Below, in pieces: positions 47,221 through 61,587 of a stretch of DNA of 64,000 bases. This stretch comes from Lysobacter sp. (GTDB lineage Bacteria; Pseudomonadota; Gammaproteobacteria; Xanthomonadales; Xanthomonadaceae). The stretch spans positions 35,742 to 99,741 of the forward strand of contig JASLDW010000092.1 of the NCBI GenBank assembly GCA_030151365.1, written 5' to 3'. Below the pieces are notes generated by a model, which worked only from the letters and a program-made list of their open reading frames with translations, was not told where the DNA came from and did no database searches. Position 1 is the first letter of the stretch, and every line of letters begins with the position of its first letter. A program made the translations under genes and the position numbers.

Positions 47221-49029
47221 ATGGCCATGTCGCAGATCCTGTTCCTGCTGATCCTCGCCGGTGGACTCTACCTGTTCGTGAGCGAACGGCTGCGGGTGGA
47301 CGTCACCGCGATGCTGATCCTGCTGGCGCTGGTGCTGACGCGTGTGATCGGGCCGAAGCAGGCGCTTTCCGGGTTCTCCAGCGAACCGGCGATCATCATC
47401 GCCGCGGTCTTCGTGATTTCCGCAGGCCTCGCCGCCACCGGGATCACCGAACGCATCGGCCAATGGATCGGACGCATGTCCGGCGGCAACGAATGGCGCA
47501 CGATCGCGGTGGTGATGCCGACGGTCGCGGTGCTCGCCGCCTTCACCCACCACGTGATGGTGACGGCGATGCTGATGCCGATCCTGCTGCGCCACGCGCG
47601 CCAGAACGGCATGCCGGCATCGCGCCTGCTGATGCCGATGGCGCTGGCGGCATCGATGGGCACCACGTTGACGCTGGTCAGCGCACCGGCTTTCCTGCTC
47701 GCCGACAACATGCTGCAACGCGATGGCGGCGAAGGACTCGGGATCTTCTCGATCACGCCGATCGGCATCGCCCTGGTGCTGTTCTCGATGATCTATATCC
47801 AGCTGACGCGCTGGCTGCTGCCACGACGCAGCGGCGAGCATGGCGAGGGCGATTACCTGCGCATCGATCGCTATCGCACCGAATTGCTGGTGATCCCCGG
47901 CGGTCGTTGGGCGACGCGCACGCTCTCCGAGCTCAAGCGCGCGATCGGTCCCGAAGTGCACGTGATCGGCTGGCTGCGCGACCACGACGAACGCAACGAT
48001 CTCGGCGATGCCAGTCCCCTGCTCGGTGGCGACATCCTGCTGATCGAAGCCGGTGCCGACGAATTGAAATCGCTGCACGACGATCCCGGCCTCGATCTCT
48101 ATCCGATCGCGCGCTTCGGCGCCAAGGCCAACGGCGAGGGCGAAGGCGAGCCGCAGCTGGTACAGGCGGTGGTCGCGCCCGGTTCCGAATTCATCGGTCG
48201 CTCGGTGCGCGACCTCGACTTCTCGCGGCAATTCCGTGCGGTGATCGCCGGCCTGTGGCGGCGGAGCGGTTCCGCGGCGGCGCGCCTGACCGACACCCGC
48301 CTGCAGGAAGGCGACGTGCTGGTGCTGTGGGGACGACCGGCGCGCTTCAGCGAACTCGCCACGCACCACGGTTTCCTGATGCTGGTGCCGTTCCGCGGCG
48401 AGGGCATGCGCCGGCTGCGCGCACCGCTGGCCTTGCTGATCATGCTGGTGACGATCGTCTGCGCAGCGACCGAATGGGTCGATCCGCCGCTGGCCTTCCT
48501 GATGGGCGCGGTGCTGATGGTGGTGACGCGCTGCGTCGACCTCAAGCGCGCCTACCGCGAGATCGACGTGCGCATCTACGTGATGATCGCCGGCGTGATC
48601 CCGCTTGGCATCGCCATGGAAAAGACCGGCACCGCGGCCCTGCTCGCTGGTGGCCTGATGCACCTGGTCCACGACTGGTCGCCGCTCGCCATCCTGGTGA
48701 TGCTGTTCGCCGCCGGCGCGCTGCTGACACAACCGATGTCGGACGCCGCATCCACCGCCCTGCTCGGCCCGATCGCGCTGTCGCTCGCACATGCATTGCA
48801 CCTGCCGCCGACGCCGTTCGTGGTGTGCACCGCATTGGGCGCGGTGGTCGCCTTCATCACCCCGATCGGCCACCACGGCAGCCTGCTCATCCTTGGTCCG
48901 GGGCAATACAAATTCTCGGACTTCCTGCGCATCGGCCTGCCACTCACCATCATGGTCGCCTTCGTCTGCGCGTGGATGGCACGCTGGTTGTGGCTGGGCG
49001 GCCCGCTGCTGCCGCATCTGTCCCACTGA
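47221..49029 (+). CDS. SLC13/CitMHS-type permease with TrkA-C domains
   Basis: Many TMs; ALSGFS, LLMP.A.AAS.G..LTL, two TrkA-C repeats, G.YKFSDF. Confidence 0.9.
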   Translation: MAMSQILFLLILAGGLYLFVSERLRVDVTAMLILLALVLTRVIGPKQALSGFSSEPAIIIAAVFVISAGLAATGITERIGQWIGRMSGGNEWRTIAVVMPTVAVLAAFTHHVMVTAMLMPILLRHARQNGMPASRLLMPMALAASMGTTLTLVSAPAFLLADNMLQRDGGEGLGIFSITPIGIALVLFSMIYIQLTRWLLPRRSGEHGEGDYLRIDRYRTELLVIPGGRWATRTLSELKRAIGPEVHVIGWLRDHDERNDLGDASPLLGGDILLIEAGADELKSLHDDPGLDLYPIARFGAKANGEGEGEPQLVQAVVAPGSEFIGRSVRDLDFSRQFRAVIAGLWRRSGSAAARLTDTRLQEGDVLVLWGRPARFSELATHHGFLMLVPFRGEGMRRLRAPLALLIMLVTIVCAATEWVDPPLAFLMGAVLMVVTRCVDLKRAYREIDVRIYVMIAGVIPLGIAMEKTGTAALLAGGLMHLVHDWSPLAILVMLFAAGALLTQPMSDAASTALLGPIALSLAHALHLPPTPFVVCTALGAVVAFITPIGHHGSLLILGPGQYKFSDFLRIGLPLTIMVAFVCAWMARWLWLGGPLLPHLSH

Positions 49030-49048
49030 CGATCAGAACGACACGCCC

Positions 49049-50158
49049 TTAAAACAGCCGGCCCTGCGGCGAGTCCTCGCATGGCGGCGTGAACAGGCGC
49101 ATGTCGACCGGCGGCATGCCGGGAAACCCGAGGCGCTGTTTCGCCTTGCGGAAACGCGAGGCCAGCAGGTCGGCGAACGGGCCTTCGCCGCGTCCGCGCA
49201 CGCCATAGCGGCTGTCGTAATCCTTGTCGCCATACATCTGCCGGATCAGGCTCATCACGTGCGCCGCGCGCTGCGGATAGTGCAGTTGCAGCCATTCGCG
49301 CCACACTTCCTTCAATTCGTGCGGCAGGCGCAACAGCACGTAGCCCGCCGACAGCGCATCGACTTCGCGCGCGGCTTCGAGGATGTGCTCCATCTCCATG
49401 TCGGTGATCATCGGGATGACCGGCGCCACCAGAACGCCCGCGGGAACGCCGGCCTCGCGCAGCCTGGCGATCATCCTGATGCGCGCATGCGGCGCCGCCG
49501 CGCGCGGTTCCAGCTTCGATGAGAGCTGGTTGTCGAGCGAGGTGACCGAGACCATGACGTGGACAAGGCGCAGTTTCGCCAGCTCCGCCAGCAGGTCGAG
49601 GTCGCGCAGGATCGCCGACCCCTTGGTGACGATGCCGAGCGGATGGCGCGTTTCCAGCAGCACTTCCAGGCAGGCGCGACTGATGCCTTCGTCGCGTTCG
49701 ATTGGCTGCCAGCCATCTGTGTTGATGCCGAGCGCGATCGGCGACGGCACGTGTCCTGGTTTCGCCAGTTCCTTGCGCAGCAATTCGGCGGCATTGCGCT
49801 TGGCGTACAGCCGCGTCTCGAAATCCAGCCCCGGCGAAAGATCGAGGTAGGCGTGACTCGGCCGCGCAAAGCAGTAGACGCAGCCGTGCTCGCAGCCGCG
49901 ATACGGATTCAGCGACTGCCCGAAGGCGATGTCCGGGGAATCGTTGCGGCTGATGATGGTGCGCGCGCGCTCCGCGGTCACCGTCGTCTGCGGTCGCGAT
50001 TCGAGATCGGCGGCCTGCTCGTTGGCCAGCGCGTCCCAACCGTCGTCCTCGGCGATCGCCGCGCGTTTCTCGAAGCGCCCGGGCACCCGCGAGGCCGCGC
50101 CGCGCCCCTTGATCGCGGCATTCCGTTCGAACCTCACTTTGCGATGACTGTCCATCAC
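49049..50158 (-). CDS. PA0069-family radical SAM protein (spore photoproduct lyase-like)
   Basis: NPYRGCEHGCVYCFAR, LSPGLDFET. Confidence 0.92.
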   Translation of the reverse strand: MMDSHRKVRFERNAAIKGRGAASRVPGRFEKRAAIAEDDGWDALANEQAADLESRPQTTVTAERARTIISRNDSPDIAFGQSLNPYRGCEHGCVYCFARPSHAYLDLSPGLDFETRLYAKRNAAELLRKELAKPGHVPSPIALGINTDGWQPIERDEGISRACLEVLLETRHPLGIVTKGSAILRDLDLLAELAKLRLVHVMVSVTSLDNQLSSKLEPRAAAPHARIRMIARLREAGVPAGVLVAPVIPMITDMEMEHILEAAREVDALSAGYVLLRLPHELKEVWREWLQLHYPQRAAHVMSLIRQMYGDKDYDSRYGVRGRGEGPFADLLASRFRKAKQRLGFPGMPPVDMRLFTPPCEDSPQGRLF

Positions 50159-50214
50159 GCTAGCCTAGTCCCCAAGCGTCGCACCGGGCGCGAACAGGAA
50201 GCAGGAAGGACACG

Positions 50215-51669
50215 ATGCATCCCATCTACCAGGCATGGAACGCGCTCGTGGCCATCCCCCACGTCGGTTTCTGGCTGGCCATCTTCTGGATTTGCTACGT
50301 CATCGCCCTCGGCGTGTACATCATCCTGCAGAAACGCGAACCCGCCGCCACCCTGAGCTGGCTGTTCAGCCTTGCCCTGCTGCCGTACCTGGGCTTCATC
50401 ATCTATTACCTGCTGGGGCCGCAGAAGATCAGCCGCCAGCGCCTGCGGCGCCCGCCGCGCGCGCGCCGGGTCTATCCCGATGCGGAAGACTCCAGGGGCT
50501 GCGACGAGGATGCCCTGTTGCATCGCCTGGCGAAGGCCGCGACCGGTTTCCGCGCGGTCACCGCCCGCGACGTCCGCTTGCTGGTCGATGGCAACGCGAC
50601 CTATTCCGCGTTGATCGGCGACATCCGCAATGCCAGATCGCACATCCATCTCGAGTACTACATTTATCAATCCGATCGCAGCGGCAGCGCCCTGCTCGAG
50701 GCGCTGGTCGAGCGCGCGCGCGCCGGCGTCAAGGTCCGCCTGCTGATGGACGCCGTCGGCTGCTCGCGTACGCCGACGCATTTCTTCAATGAACTCGTCG
50801 AAGCCGGCGGCGAGATTGCCTGGTTCCATCCGATGCGGTTCCGCGGCGTGTGGAAATTCTGGAAACGCCCTTGGATCAACCTGCGCACCCACCGCAAGAT
50901 TGTGGTGATCGACAGCCGCGTCGGCTACACCGGAGGCATCAACATCACCGACGAGGAAAACGACGCCCTGCGCGAGGATGCCTATCGCGACCTGCATCTG
51001 CGCCTGACCGGCGACGTGGTGCTGGAGCTGCAGCAGGTCTTCGTCGAAGACTGGATCTACGCCACCGGCCAGCACGATTTCATTTCCGGGATCGCACACG
51101 ACCTGCCGGCGCTCCAGCCCGGGCCGATCTGCGCCCAGGTACTGAGTTCCGGGCCCGATTCCAGCTGGGAAGCGATCCACCGCCTGCATGTCAGCGTCAT
51201 CCATGCGGCCCGCCGGCGCGTATGGCTGGTCACGCCCTATTTCGTGCCGGGCGAGGCCGCGCTGATGGCCCTGTCGTCGGCCGCGTTGTCGGGTCTCGAC
51301 GTCCGCCTCATGGTGCCGAAGATGAGCGACAGCCGCTGGGTCACCCTCGCCGCGCGCTCGTATTACGACAGCCTGATGGAGGCCGGGGTCAAGATCTACG
51401 AATATGGCCCGCGCATGCTCCATACCAAGGCCCTGCTCAAGGACGACGATGTCGCCATCATCGGCAGCGCCAATTTCGACAATCGCAGCTTCCGCCTCAA
51501 CTTCGAGGTCTCGGTCCTGTTCGAAGACGCCAGCGTCGCCACCGAACTGGCGCGCCAGATCGAGGGCGAGTTCCAGCACGCACCGCGCGTGCGCAGTCCC
51601 CGCCCGCAGGCCTTCCTGACCGAACGTCTGCCGGAAGCGCTTGCTCGTCTGTTCTCGCCGCTCCTCTGA
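50215..51669 (+). CDS. cls: Cardiolipin synthase
   Basis: Two HKD motifs ([16 protein letters not shown]); N-terminal TMs. Confidence 0.93.
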   Translation: MHPIYQAWNALVAIPHVGFWLAIFWICYVIALGVYIILQKREPAATLSWLFSLALLPYLGFIIYYLLGPQKISRQRLRRPPRARRVYPDAEDSRGCDEDALLHRLAKAATGFRAVTARDVRLLVDGNATYSALIGDIRNARSHIHLEYYIYQSDRSGSALLEALVERARAGVKVRLLMDAVGCSRTPTHFFNELVEAGGEIAWFHPMRFRGVWKFWKRPWINLRTHRKIVVIDSRVGYTGGINITDEENDALREDAYRDLHLRLTGDVVLELQQVFVEDWIYATGQHDFISGIAHDLPALQPGPICAQVLSSGPDSSWEAIHRLHVSVIHAARRRVWLVTPYFVPGEAALMALSSAALSGLDVRLMVPKMSDSRWVTLAARSYYDSLMEAGVKIYEYGPRMLHTKALLKDDDVAIIGSANFDNRSFRLNFEVSVLFEDASVATELARQIEGEFQHAPRVRSPRPQAFLTERLPEALARLFSPLL

Positions 51670-51713
51670 CCGCGGCCCGATACACTGCCGGACAACCGCC
51701 CGCGGAGGTTCCC

Positions 51714-52397
51714 ATGTCCTGGTTGTTGCTTGCGCTGTCGCTGGCCATCTTCTGCGTCGCCTGGAGCGTCCATTCGCCGATCCTGATGGTGCTGTGCCTG
51801 CTGGCGGCGCTGGCGGCGCTGATCGGATTCGCCTGGCTGCGTTACAAGCTCCTGTTTCCCGAGCGCACCGTCGCCATCGACGACACCCCGCTCACTGCGG
51901 AAGACGTGCGCCGCATGCGCGAGGCCCAACTCGCCACTGCTGCGGCCGCCGCACCGATGCCGTTGCCCGCCGCTTCGAATCCCGGCATCGGCCAGCTGCG
52001 CGCCGCCGGCGAACGCCTGGCCGAACGCGACGCCTTGCTGCAGCAACAGCAAGAAGCGCAGCGCCGGATCGCCGAGATGGAGCGTCGCGCCGCCGAGGCC
52101 GAGCAGCGCGCCGCCGACATCGAACAGCGCCTTGCCGATCTGCAGCAACGCAATTCGGAGCCTGCACCGATGCAGCATGCGGTCGCGAACGTCGAACCGG
52201 CAGTCGTCGAAGCCGCGCCCGCCGCGGTCATGCCGCCGGCATTGCCGCCCAGGCCGCAGCCCAACCTGCGCGACGAAGGCTGGAATCCCTACGCCGGCGA
52301 AGTGCATGCGCCGGCGAAGCGACCGATCGATCCCAGGGCCGCCGGCCCGGACGTGCCGATGCTGACGCCCCTGCGCGACGAACCTGGGTCGACATGA
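51714..52397 (+). CDS. Hypothetical membrane protein (2 TM, coiled coil, Pro/Ala-rich tail)
   Basis: [17 protein letters not shown]...; ATGA overlap with pdxJ. Confidence 0.75.
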   Translation: MSWLLLALSLAIFCVAWSVHSPILMVLCLLAALAALIGFAWLRYKLLFPERTVAIDDTPLTAEDVRRMREAQLATAAAAAPMPLPAASNPGIGQLRAAGERLAERDALLQQQQEAQRRIAEMERRAAEAEQRAADIEQRLADLQQRNSEPAPMQHAVANVEPAVVEAAPAAVMPPALPPRPQPNLRDEGWNPYAGEVHAPAKRPIDPRAAGPDVPMLTPLRDEPGST

Positions 52398-53152
52398 CCG
52401 CACTCAGCGTCAACGTCAACAAGATCGCGGTCCTGCGCAATTCCCGTGGTGGCGGCGAACCCGATGTCGTCCGCGCCGCCCGCACCTGCCTCGATGCCGG
52501 CGCCCAAGGCATCACCGTGCATCCGCGTCCCGACGGTCGCCACATCCGCGAAGCCGACGTCCACGCCCTCGCCCGCGTCTGCGCCGACTACCGCGTCGAG
52601 TACAACCTCGAAGGCAATCCGTTCGCGCCGCCGCGTCCCGGCTATCCCGGCTTCATCGCCCTGTGCGAGGCGGTGCGTCCCGCGCAGGCGACGCTGGTGC
52701 CCGACAGCGACGGCCAACTCACCTCCGACCATGGCTTCGATTTCGAACGCGACATCGACGCGCTCGCGCCATTGGTTGCGCGGCTCAAGGCCCTCGGATG
52801 CCGCGTCAGCCTGTTCGCCGATGCCGGGCATCCGGCCACTGCGCGCGCGCGCGATTGCGGCGCCGATCGCATCGAACTCTACACCGGGCCATACGCCGAG
52901 GCGCATGCGGACGGCGATGCTTCATCCGCGCTCGCTGCCTGCGCACGGTCGGCGCAGGTCGCACAGTCGGTCGGCATGGGCGTCAACGCCGGCCACGACC
53001 TCTCGCAAGCCAACCTGACGGATTTCCTGCGCGGGGTTTCCGGCGTGCAAGAGGTCTCGATCGGCCACGCGCTCATCTCGGAAGCGCTGTACGCGGGACT
53101 GGATCGCACCGTTCGCGCCTATCTCGACTGCATAAAAAATGCCGCCCGGTGA
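52394..53152 (+). CDS. pdxJ: Pyridoxine 5'-phosphate synthase
   Basis: [43 protein letters not shown]. Confidence 0.95.
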   Translation: MTALSVNVNKIAVLRNSRGGGEPDVVRAARTCLDAGAQGITVHPRPDGRHIREADVHALARVCADYRVEYNLEGNPFAPPRPGYPGFIALCEAVRPAQATLVPDSDGQLTSDHGFDFERDIDALAPLVARLKALGCRVSLFADAGHPATARARDCGADRIELYTGPYAEAHADGDASSALAACARSAQVAQSVGMGVNAGHDLSQANLTDFLRGVSGVQEVSIGHALISEALYAGLDRTVRAYLDCIKNAAR

Positions 53153-53162
53153 GGGGCGGCAT
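53134..53162 (-). terminator. Intrinsic terminator of the tonB-exb operon (overlaps pdxJ stop)
   Basis: Stem ATGCCGCCC/GGGCGGCAT followed by TTTTT on -. Confidence 0.7.
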
Positions 53163-53199
53163 CGTCGACAAGAGCGAAGACAGCGTCTTCGCCTGAATT

Positions 53200-53607
53200 T
53201 CAGTTCTGAACGAAGCCGATCTTTTCCATGTTGGCGTTCTTGGCAGCCGCTAGCACCTTGGCGAACACGTCGTAAGGCGTGTCGTTGGCGGATTCGATCT
53301 GCAGCAGCGGCGTATCGGTCGGGTCTTCCGCCACGGTGTCCCTCATCTGGGCTTCCAGACCCTTCATGTCGACGATCGTCCCGTTCCACGTCACCGTGCC
53401 GCTGGCGTCGATGCTGAGCTTGATCGGCGCCTTCTTCGGCGGCGGCGGCGGCGTGGTGGTCGCCTGCGGCAGGTCGAGCTTGATCGGATAGGTCTGGGTC
53501 GGCATGGTCACCATGAAGATGATCAGCAACACCAACAGCACGTCCACCAGGGGCGTGACGTTGATGTCGGACATCGCGCCGCCACCGGAATTGGATGCAA
53601 ATGCCAT
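53200..53607 (-). CDS. exbD: Biopolymer transporter ExbD (second copy)
   Basis: [20 protein letters not shown]. Confidence 0.93.
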   Translation of the reverse strand: MAFASNSGGGAMSDINVTPLVDVLLVLLIIFMVTMPTQTYPIKLDLPQATTTPPPPPKKAPIKLSIDASGTVTWNGTIVDMKGLEAQMRDTVAEDPTDTPLLQIESANDTPYDVFAKVLAAAKNANMEKIGFVQN

Positions 53608-53619
53608 GTGTCGGCCTCC

Positions 53620-54057
53620 TTACTGCTGTTCGCCCGGCTTCGGCCGGATGGTGACGTAACCGACGTTGAGCATGCCGGCCTGGGTCGCGATGCCGGTCAT
53701 CTTCTTGAGGATCTGCATCTTGGTGTCGCGGTCGGCGCGGATGTTCAGCACCGGCTGCGGCTTCTTCTGGGCGATCACGGCCAGACGATCCTGGAGCCCG
53801 CCCTCGGTGATCGGCTGATCATCGAGGAGCAGGGCGCCGTTTTCACGGACGAACAGCGTGACCGGGGCGGTCTTCTCCTCGTCGTGCTTCTGCGACGGCG
53901 CGAGGAGCACCCGCGGCAATTCGACCTTGGTTTTGTGGTTCATCAGCGGCGTGGTGATCATGAAGATGATCAACAGCACCAACATCACGTCCACGAGGGG
54001 CGTGACGTTGATTTCCGCCATGGGTCCACTGCTGCTGTTGCCGGTACTGAATGCCAT
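53620..54057 (-). CDS. exbD: Biopolymer transporter ExbD (first copy)
   Basis: [24 protein letters not shown]. Confidence 0.93.
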   Translation of the reverse strand: MAFSTGNSSSGPMAEINVTPLVDVMLVLLIIFMITTPLMNHKTKVELPRVLLAPSQKHDEEKTAPVTLFVRENGALLLDDQPITEGGLQDRLAVIAQKKPQPVLNIRADRDTKMQILKKMTGIATQAGMLNVGYVTIRPKPGEQQ

Positions 54058-54105
54058 TTTCGGGCGTCCTCGTGGATCGATGCTTCTGTCGTGCGCGGGC
54101 GGGGA

Positions 54106-54843
54106 TTAGCCGCCGACGCGCGAGCCGGTCGCGAAGAAGTCGTGCAGGTCGTGCGCGAACGAATCGAACTTCGCGTTGGTGGTGCGGTTCAGGCGGCTGA
54201 AGAAGTTGTACGCCAACACCGCCGGGATCGCCACGAACAGACCGATCGCGGTCATGATCAGGGCTTCACCCACCGGACCGGCCACGGCCGAGATCGAGGC
54301 GTCGCCGCTGGCGCCGATGCGGATCAGGGCGTGGTAGATGCCCCACACCGTACCAAGCAGACCGACGAACGGAGCGGTCGCGCCGACGGTGGCGAGCACG
54401 GTCAGGCCGGATTCGAGGGTCATCGATTCGCGGGTCACGGCCTGGCGCAGGGCGCGGTCGACGAACTCGGAACGATTGAGCGATTCAGCCAGGCGCGAGC
54501 CTTCGCTGCGCTGGTGGTGGGCGGCGGCCTGGGCGGCGTCGAGCGCGATCTTGGAGAACGGCTCGTTGCGCGGCTGCTCTTCCATGTAGCGGACGGCATC
54601 CTGCGCGTTCGGGGTTTCCCAGAACGTGTTGACGACGCGGTCGGCGCTGCCACGGAGGCGGGCGTTCTTGATGAAGTTCATGACGATCCAGTAGATCGAC
54701 AACAGCGAGAACACCATCAGGGTGAGGAAGACGATCCAACCCACGGCATCGAAACCATGGATCAGCTGGGCGAAGCCCATCTGCTGCAGAGCAGCGGCAT
54801 TGTTACCGCCAGCGGCGGCGGGAGCGGCTTGTTGAAGGAGCAT
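54106..54843 (-). CDS. exbB: ExbB proton channel
   Basis: APFVGLLGTVWGI, EALIMTAIGL.VAIPA. Confidence 0.95.
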   Translation of the reverse strand: MLLQQAAPAAAGGNNAAALQQMGFAQLIHGFDAVGWIVFLTLMVFSLLSIYWIVMNFIKNARLRGSADRVVNTFWETPNAQDAVRYMEEQPRNEPFSKIALDAAQAAAHHQRSEGSRLAESLNRSEFVDRALRQAVTRESMTLESGLTVLATVGATAPFVGLLGTVWGIYHALIRIGASGDASISAVAGPVGEALIMTAIGLFVAIPAVLAYNFFSRLNRTTNAKFDSFAHDLHDFFATGSRVGG

Positions 54844-54899
54844 TGCGCTTACCTTTGTCGACGAAAAGTGGGGAAGTGGTTTGGTGGAACGCTCGCGGC

Positions 54900-55607
<708 letters not shown>

Positions 55608-55743
55608 TCGAGAACTCTGGGAGGGGGCACGACACCGGCTGGATATTGCACGTCCTCGCCATCCATCTGGCGGCGGGGACCCCGAAGCTTATACCAACTT
55701 CGGGTCCGCATTCCATATGTCGGGTGTTTGAAAATCGAAGCGA

Positions 55744-56820
55744 TTACTTAAGAAATCGTTGCGCTGCCGCCGGATCCTTGACGCCCTTTTTCAGTGCTTC
55801 CTGGGCGGCGGCCTTGGCTTCGGCCTTCTTGCCTTGATTGAAAAGAATGGACGCGCGGTTGAGATCGGCCTTGCCGTTGGTCGACATGCTCGCCGCCTTG
55901 GCATAGTCCTCCAAGGCAAGGCCTTCCATGTACTTGGCGAGAACGGTTTGCGCGATCACGCTGTACGCGGTCGCCGTTTCGTCGTTCTTCGGAATCGTGC
56001 CCTTGGTAACCCCGCTGTCGAGCAACCCCTGCGCCTCTTTCCAGTTGGCTTCCGGCGATTGCAGCAGGATCACGTAATAGGTGCGGAGGTCTTCCGGTGT
56101 CGCCAGGAGTCCCTGCTTGTAGCGATCTCGCAGCAACGCCAGCATTTCGGCGTTCTTGTTCTGCTGCTGGTAGGTCGCCAGGAGATTCTGGAACGCGTTG
56201 CGATCGTTGGGATCCTTGGCCAGGCGTTCCTTGTAGGCAGCTTCGGCATCACCTGCCTTGCCGGTATGCGACAGCAGCGACAGGCGCATGTTGGCGTACT
56301 GCGGGTCGGTGGTCCTGGTCTCCGCGATGAACTGGTCCAGCGCCTTCAGAGCTTCCGGGTACTTTCCGGCATTGCTCAGGCTGGCGACCAGGTTGCTCAT
56401 CGAATCGTAGTGGCCGTTGTTGTCGAGGCCATTCGCGGCAATTACCTGCTGGAAGTCCACCGCCGCGTTGACGTAGTCCTTCTGCGAAAACGCGGCGCTG
56501 CCGGCGATTTCGTATGCCAGCGCTTTTTCGTACGGCGTGCTGGCTTGGGGTGCGTATTCGTTGGCCAGGCTCAATGCCTTGGCGTAGTCCTGCGCGGCAT
56601 AGGCCTTGCTGATTTCATCGAGCTTCTTCCTGCCGTCGTCCGAGACCTTCGGCTTGGGCTCCTTGCGCGTCGCACCGGGATAGCGCGGAGCTTCCTGTGC
56701 ATCTTTCTTGCTTTGCCCGGAACGCGAGGAATGATCCTGGGCGGCGACAGGCACCGCGACTGCGGAACAGGCAAGAATCGCGGCAATGGACAACGGCAAC
56801 AGGCTGGCTGCGTAACGCAT
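55744..56820 (-). CDS. Exported TPR-repeat protein
   Basis: Signal peptide; helical repeats; YP.ATR..P and LDNNGHY motifs; upstream of tonB. Confidence 0.8.
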   Translation of the reverse strand: MRYAASLLPLSIAAILACSAVAVPVAAQDHSSRSGQSKKDAQEAPRYPGATRKEPKPKVSDDGRKKLDEISKAYAAQDYAKALSLANEYAPQASTPYEKALAYEIAGSAAFSQKDYVNAAVDFQQVIAANGLDNNGHYDSMSNLVASLSNAGKYPEALKALDQFIAETRTTDPQYANMRLSLLSHTGKAGDAEAAYKERLAKDPNDRNAFQNLLATYQQQNKNAEMLALLRDRYKQGLLATPEDLRTYYVILLQSPEANWKEAQGLLDSGVTKGTIPKNDETATAYSVIAQTVLAKYMEGLALEDYAKAASMSTNGKADLNRASILFNQGKKAEAKAAAQEALKKGVKDPAAAQRFLK

Positions 56821-56939
56821 GGAACAACTCCTGACTGAATGACGAAAGGCTGCCGCCAGGGCGTGGGGCCCCGACGTGTTGAAGCGAACCACTTTCGTTT
56901 CCCCGGTGCGGCGGCGGTTCAATCCTGAGGGTGCCTAGC

Positions 56940-57755
56940 TTAACCGCATTTTGGCCTGCGGCCCGCGGCGCGCGCTTGTTCATATACCGGCATCAATCCG
57001 CCCGCCCGCCTGCCCAGTTCCCCCAGGCGCGCCTGCGGATCGGGATGGGTGGACAGCCATTGCGGCGGGCGCGAACCGCCCGCGGCGATCATGTTCTGCC
57101 ACAGGTTGACCGCCTTGCGCGGATCGAAACCGGCGCGCGCCATCAGTTGCTGGCCGACGACATCGGCCTCGCTCTCCTGTTCGCGGCTGAACCGCAACAG
57201 CACCAGCTGCGCCGCGGTGCCGCCCAGCTGACCGACGGTATCCGGGTTGATCCCGGCCATCGCCGCCAGCACCTGCGCCACCATCAATCCGCCCTGCGCG
57301 GTCTGAGTGCGGGTGATGCGTTCGTTGTGGTGGTTGGAGATGACGTGGCCGATTTCGTGCGCGATCACGGTCGCGAGTTCGTCCTGGTCGTGCGCCACCT
57401 TGAAGATCCCGGTGTTCACGCCGACCTTGGCGCCCGGCAACGCGAAGGCATTGGGTTCGGGATCGACGAACACCGCCGTTTCCCAGTTGTAGCGCTGCCA
57501 TTGCGGTGGCAATTGCTGCACGAGGTCGCCGACCACGCAATTGACGTAGGTGCGTTCGCGTGGATTCTGGGTCTGCGGTTTCTGCGCCTTGAGCTTGGCG
57601 AACTCCTGCGCGCCCATCTGGTCCAGTTCCTGCTGCGACACGCCTCCCACCACCTGCTGGCGCCCGGTCGGCGACGTCGTGGTGGTCGTGGCGCACCCCG
57701 CCAGCAACCCCAAGGCGGCAGCCAGCGCGGCAATACGGAGATTCGGTTTGTGCAT
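56940..57755 (-). CDS. M48-family metallopeptidase lipoprotein
   Basis: Lipobox LAGC; NAFALPG, HEIGH, ESEAD, LSTHP. Confidence 0.92.
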   Translation of the reverse strand: MHKPNLRIAALAAALGLLAGCATTTTTSPTGRQQVVGGVSQQELDQMGAQEFAKLKAQKPQTQNPRERTYVNCVVGDLVQQLPPQWQRYNWETAVFVDPEPNAFALPGAKVGVNTGIFKVAHDQDELATVIAHEIGHVISNHHNERITRTQTAQGGLMVAQVLAAMAGINPDTVGQLGGTAAQLVLLRFSREQESEADVVGQQLMARAGFDPRKAVNLWQNMIAAGGSRPPQWLSTHPDPQARLGELGRRAGGLMPVYEQARAAGRRPKCG

Positions 57756-57821
57756 GGCTGCGCCCTTCAGGTGAATGGCCCTGCTTTTAGGCGAATGCTG
57801 TTGAAGAAGGCGTCAACGGCA

Positions 57822-60329
<2,508 letters not shown>

Positions 60330-60429
60330 TCATACCATCCGCGGGGTTCCGGATCGAGCGGAAGCGCTTGTTTTGCCGTGGTTTGCGCCGTTGTCACGCC
60401 TCCGATTCAGCTGCCTGCCGCATCCTCTT

Positions 60430-61515
60430 TCAAGCGGGTCGAATCATCCCGTGTTCCACGTGGAACAGCATCGCCGGCCAAGCCGGATCCAGTTCAAGCG
60501 CTTCCAATTCGGTGCCGCTAATGAAGATCTGGGCACCACTCGCCACCAAGGCCGCGAGCAGGGCGTGGCGATGCCCGCGATCAAGCTCGGAGGCGAGGTC
60601 GTCGAGCAGGATCAACGGCCATTCACCGCGCCGGATCCGGAAATCCTCGCCCTGGGCGAGCAGCAAGGCAAGGGCGGCGAGCTTGCTCTGGCCACGCGAC
60701 AACGGCTCGCGGGCCGGGCGGGTGGCAAACCCCAACACGAGGTCGGCACGATGCGGACCGGTGGTGGTGTGGCCCAGCTGGCGATCGCGATCACGATTGA
60801 CCAGCAGGGCATCGGCCAGCGTCAGTTCCTCGCGCCGCCAGCCCGGCAGATAGGCAAGTTGCGCCGGTCCCAGCTCGGGGATCAGCTCGCGCGCCCAATC
60901 CTCGACTCTGGGCTCCAGCGCCTCGACATAGGCGCGGCGGTGGCGATCGAGCAATTCCCCGGCCTGCGCCAACTCGAAATCCCACACGTCCAACGCGGCA
61001 TTGGTGCCACCCGCCTTGAGCAAGGCATTCCGCTGCTTCAGGGCGCGCGCATAACGACGCCAGACGGGAAGAAATTCCGGTTCCACGTGGAACAAACCCC
61101 AATCGAGCAGGCGTCGCCGGGGTTCGCCGCCGCCGGAGAGCAGCGCGTGACTGCCGGGCTCGAAGGTGACGGCGGCAAGGGCGGTGCACAGTTCGCTGAG
61201 CTGGGCGACATCAGCACCATCCAACCGTCCCTGCCATTCGCTGCCGGCATGGCGAAGACCCACCTGGTGCCGTCGCGTGCCCGCCTGTTCCGACCAGCGG
61301 GCAAAGACCTGCAACGCCGGTGCGCCAGTGCGGATCAGGCCGTCGCGCACCCGACCGCGGAAACTGCGACCATAGGCGAGCAGGTGCAAGGCTTCCAGCA
61401 CGCTGGTCTTGCCTGCGCCGTTGCTGCCGATCAGCAGGTTCAGGGCGGGTCCCGGCTGCAACCGGACGTCGCGCAGGCTGCGGATGTCGTTGATGTCGAG
61501 CTGTTCCAGCTTCAT
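60430..61515 (-). CDS. recF: DNA replication/repair protein RecF
   Basis: GSNGAGKTS, GPHRAD, SRGQ, LLDDLASELD. Confidence 0.96.
   Translation of the reverse strand: MKLEQLDINDIRSLRDVRLQPGPALNLLIGSNGAGKTSVLEALHLLAYGRSFRGRVRDGLIRTGAPALQVFARWSEQAGTRRHQVGLRHAGSEWQGRLDGADVAQLSELCTALAAVTFEPGSHALLSGGGEPRRRLLDWGLFHVEPEFLPVWRRYARALKQRNALLKAGGTNAALDVWDFELAQAGELLDRHRRAYVEALEPRVEDWARELIPELGPAQLAYLPGWRREELTLADALLVNRDRDRQLGHTTTGPHRADLVLGFATRPAREPLSRGQSKLAALALLLAQGEDFRIRRGEWPLILLDDLASELDRGHRHALLAALVASGAQIFISGTELEALELDPAWPAMLFHVEHGMIRPA
60452..60467. promoter_or_regulatory. parS site inside recF
   Basis: Perfect palindrome TGTTCCACGTGGAACA. Confidence 0.9.
61079..61094. promoter_or_regulatory. parS site inside recF
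   Basis: GGTTCCACGTGGAACA. Confidence 0.87.
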
Positions 61516-61527
61516 CTCATGCCCGCG

Positions 61528-61559
61528 CAAGCAACAACGCCCGGACAGGCCGGGCGTTG
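61528..61559 (-). terminator. Hairpin/weak terminator between dnaN and recF
   Basis: CAACGCCCGG-N5-CCGGGCGTTG followed by TTGCTTG on -. Confidence 0.55.
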
Positions 61560-61563
61560 CAGG

Positions 61564-61579
61564 TGTTCCACGTGGAACC
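61564..61579. promoter_or_regulatory. parS site, dnaN-recF intergenic
   Basis: TGTTCCACGTGGAACC. Confidence 0.87.
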
Positions 61580-61587
61580 TGAATCTG

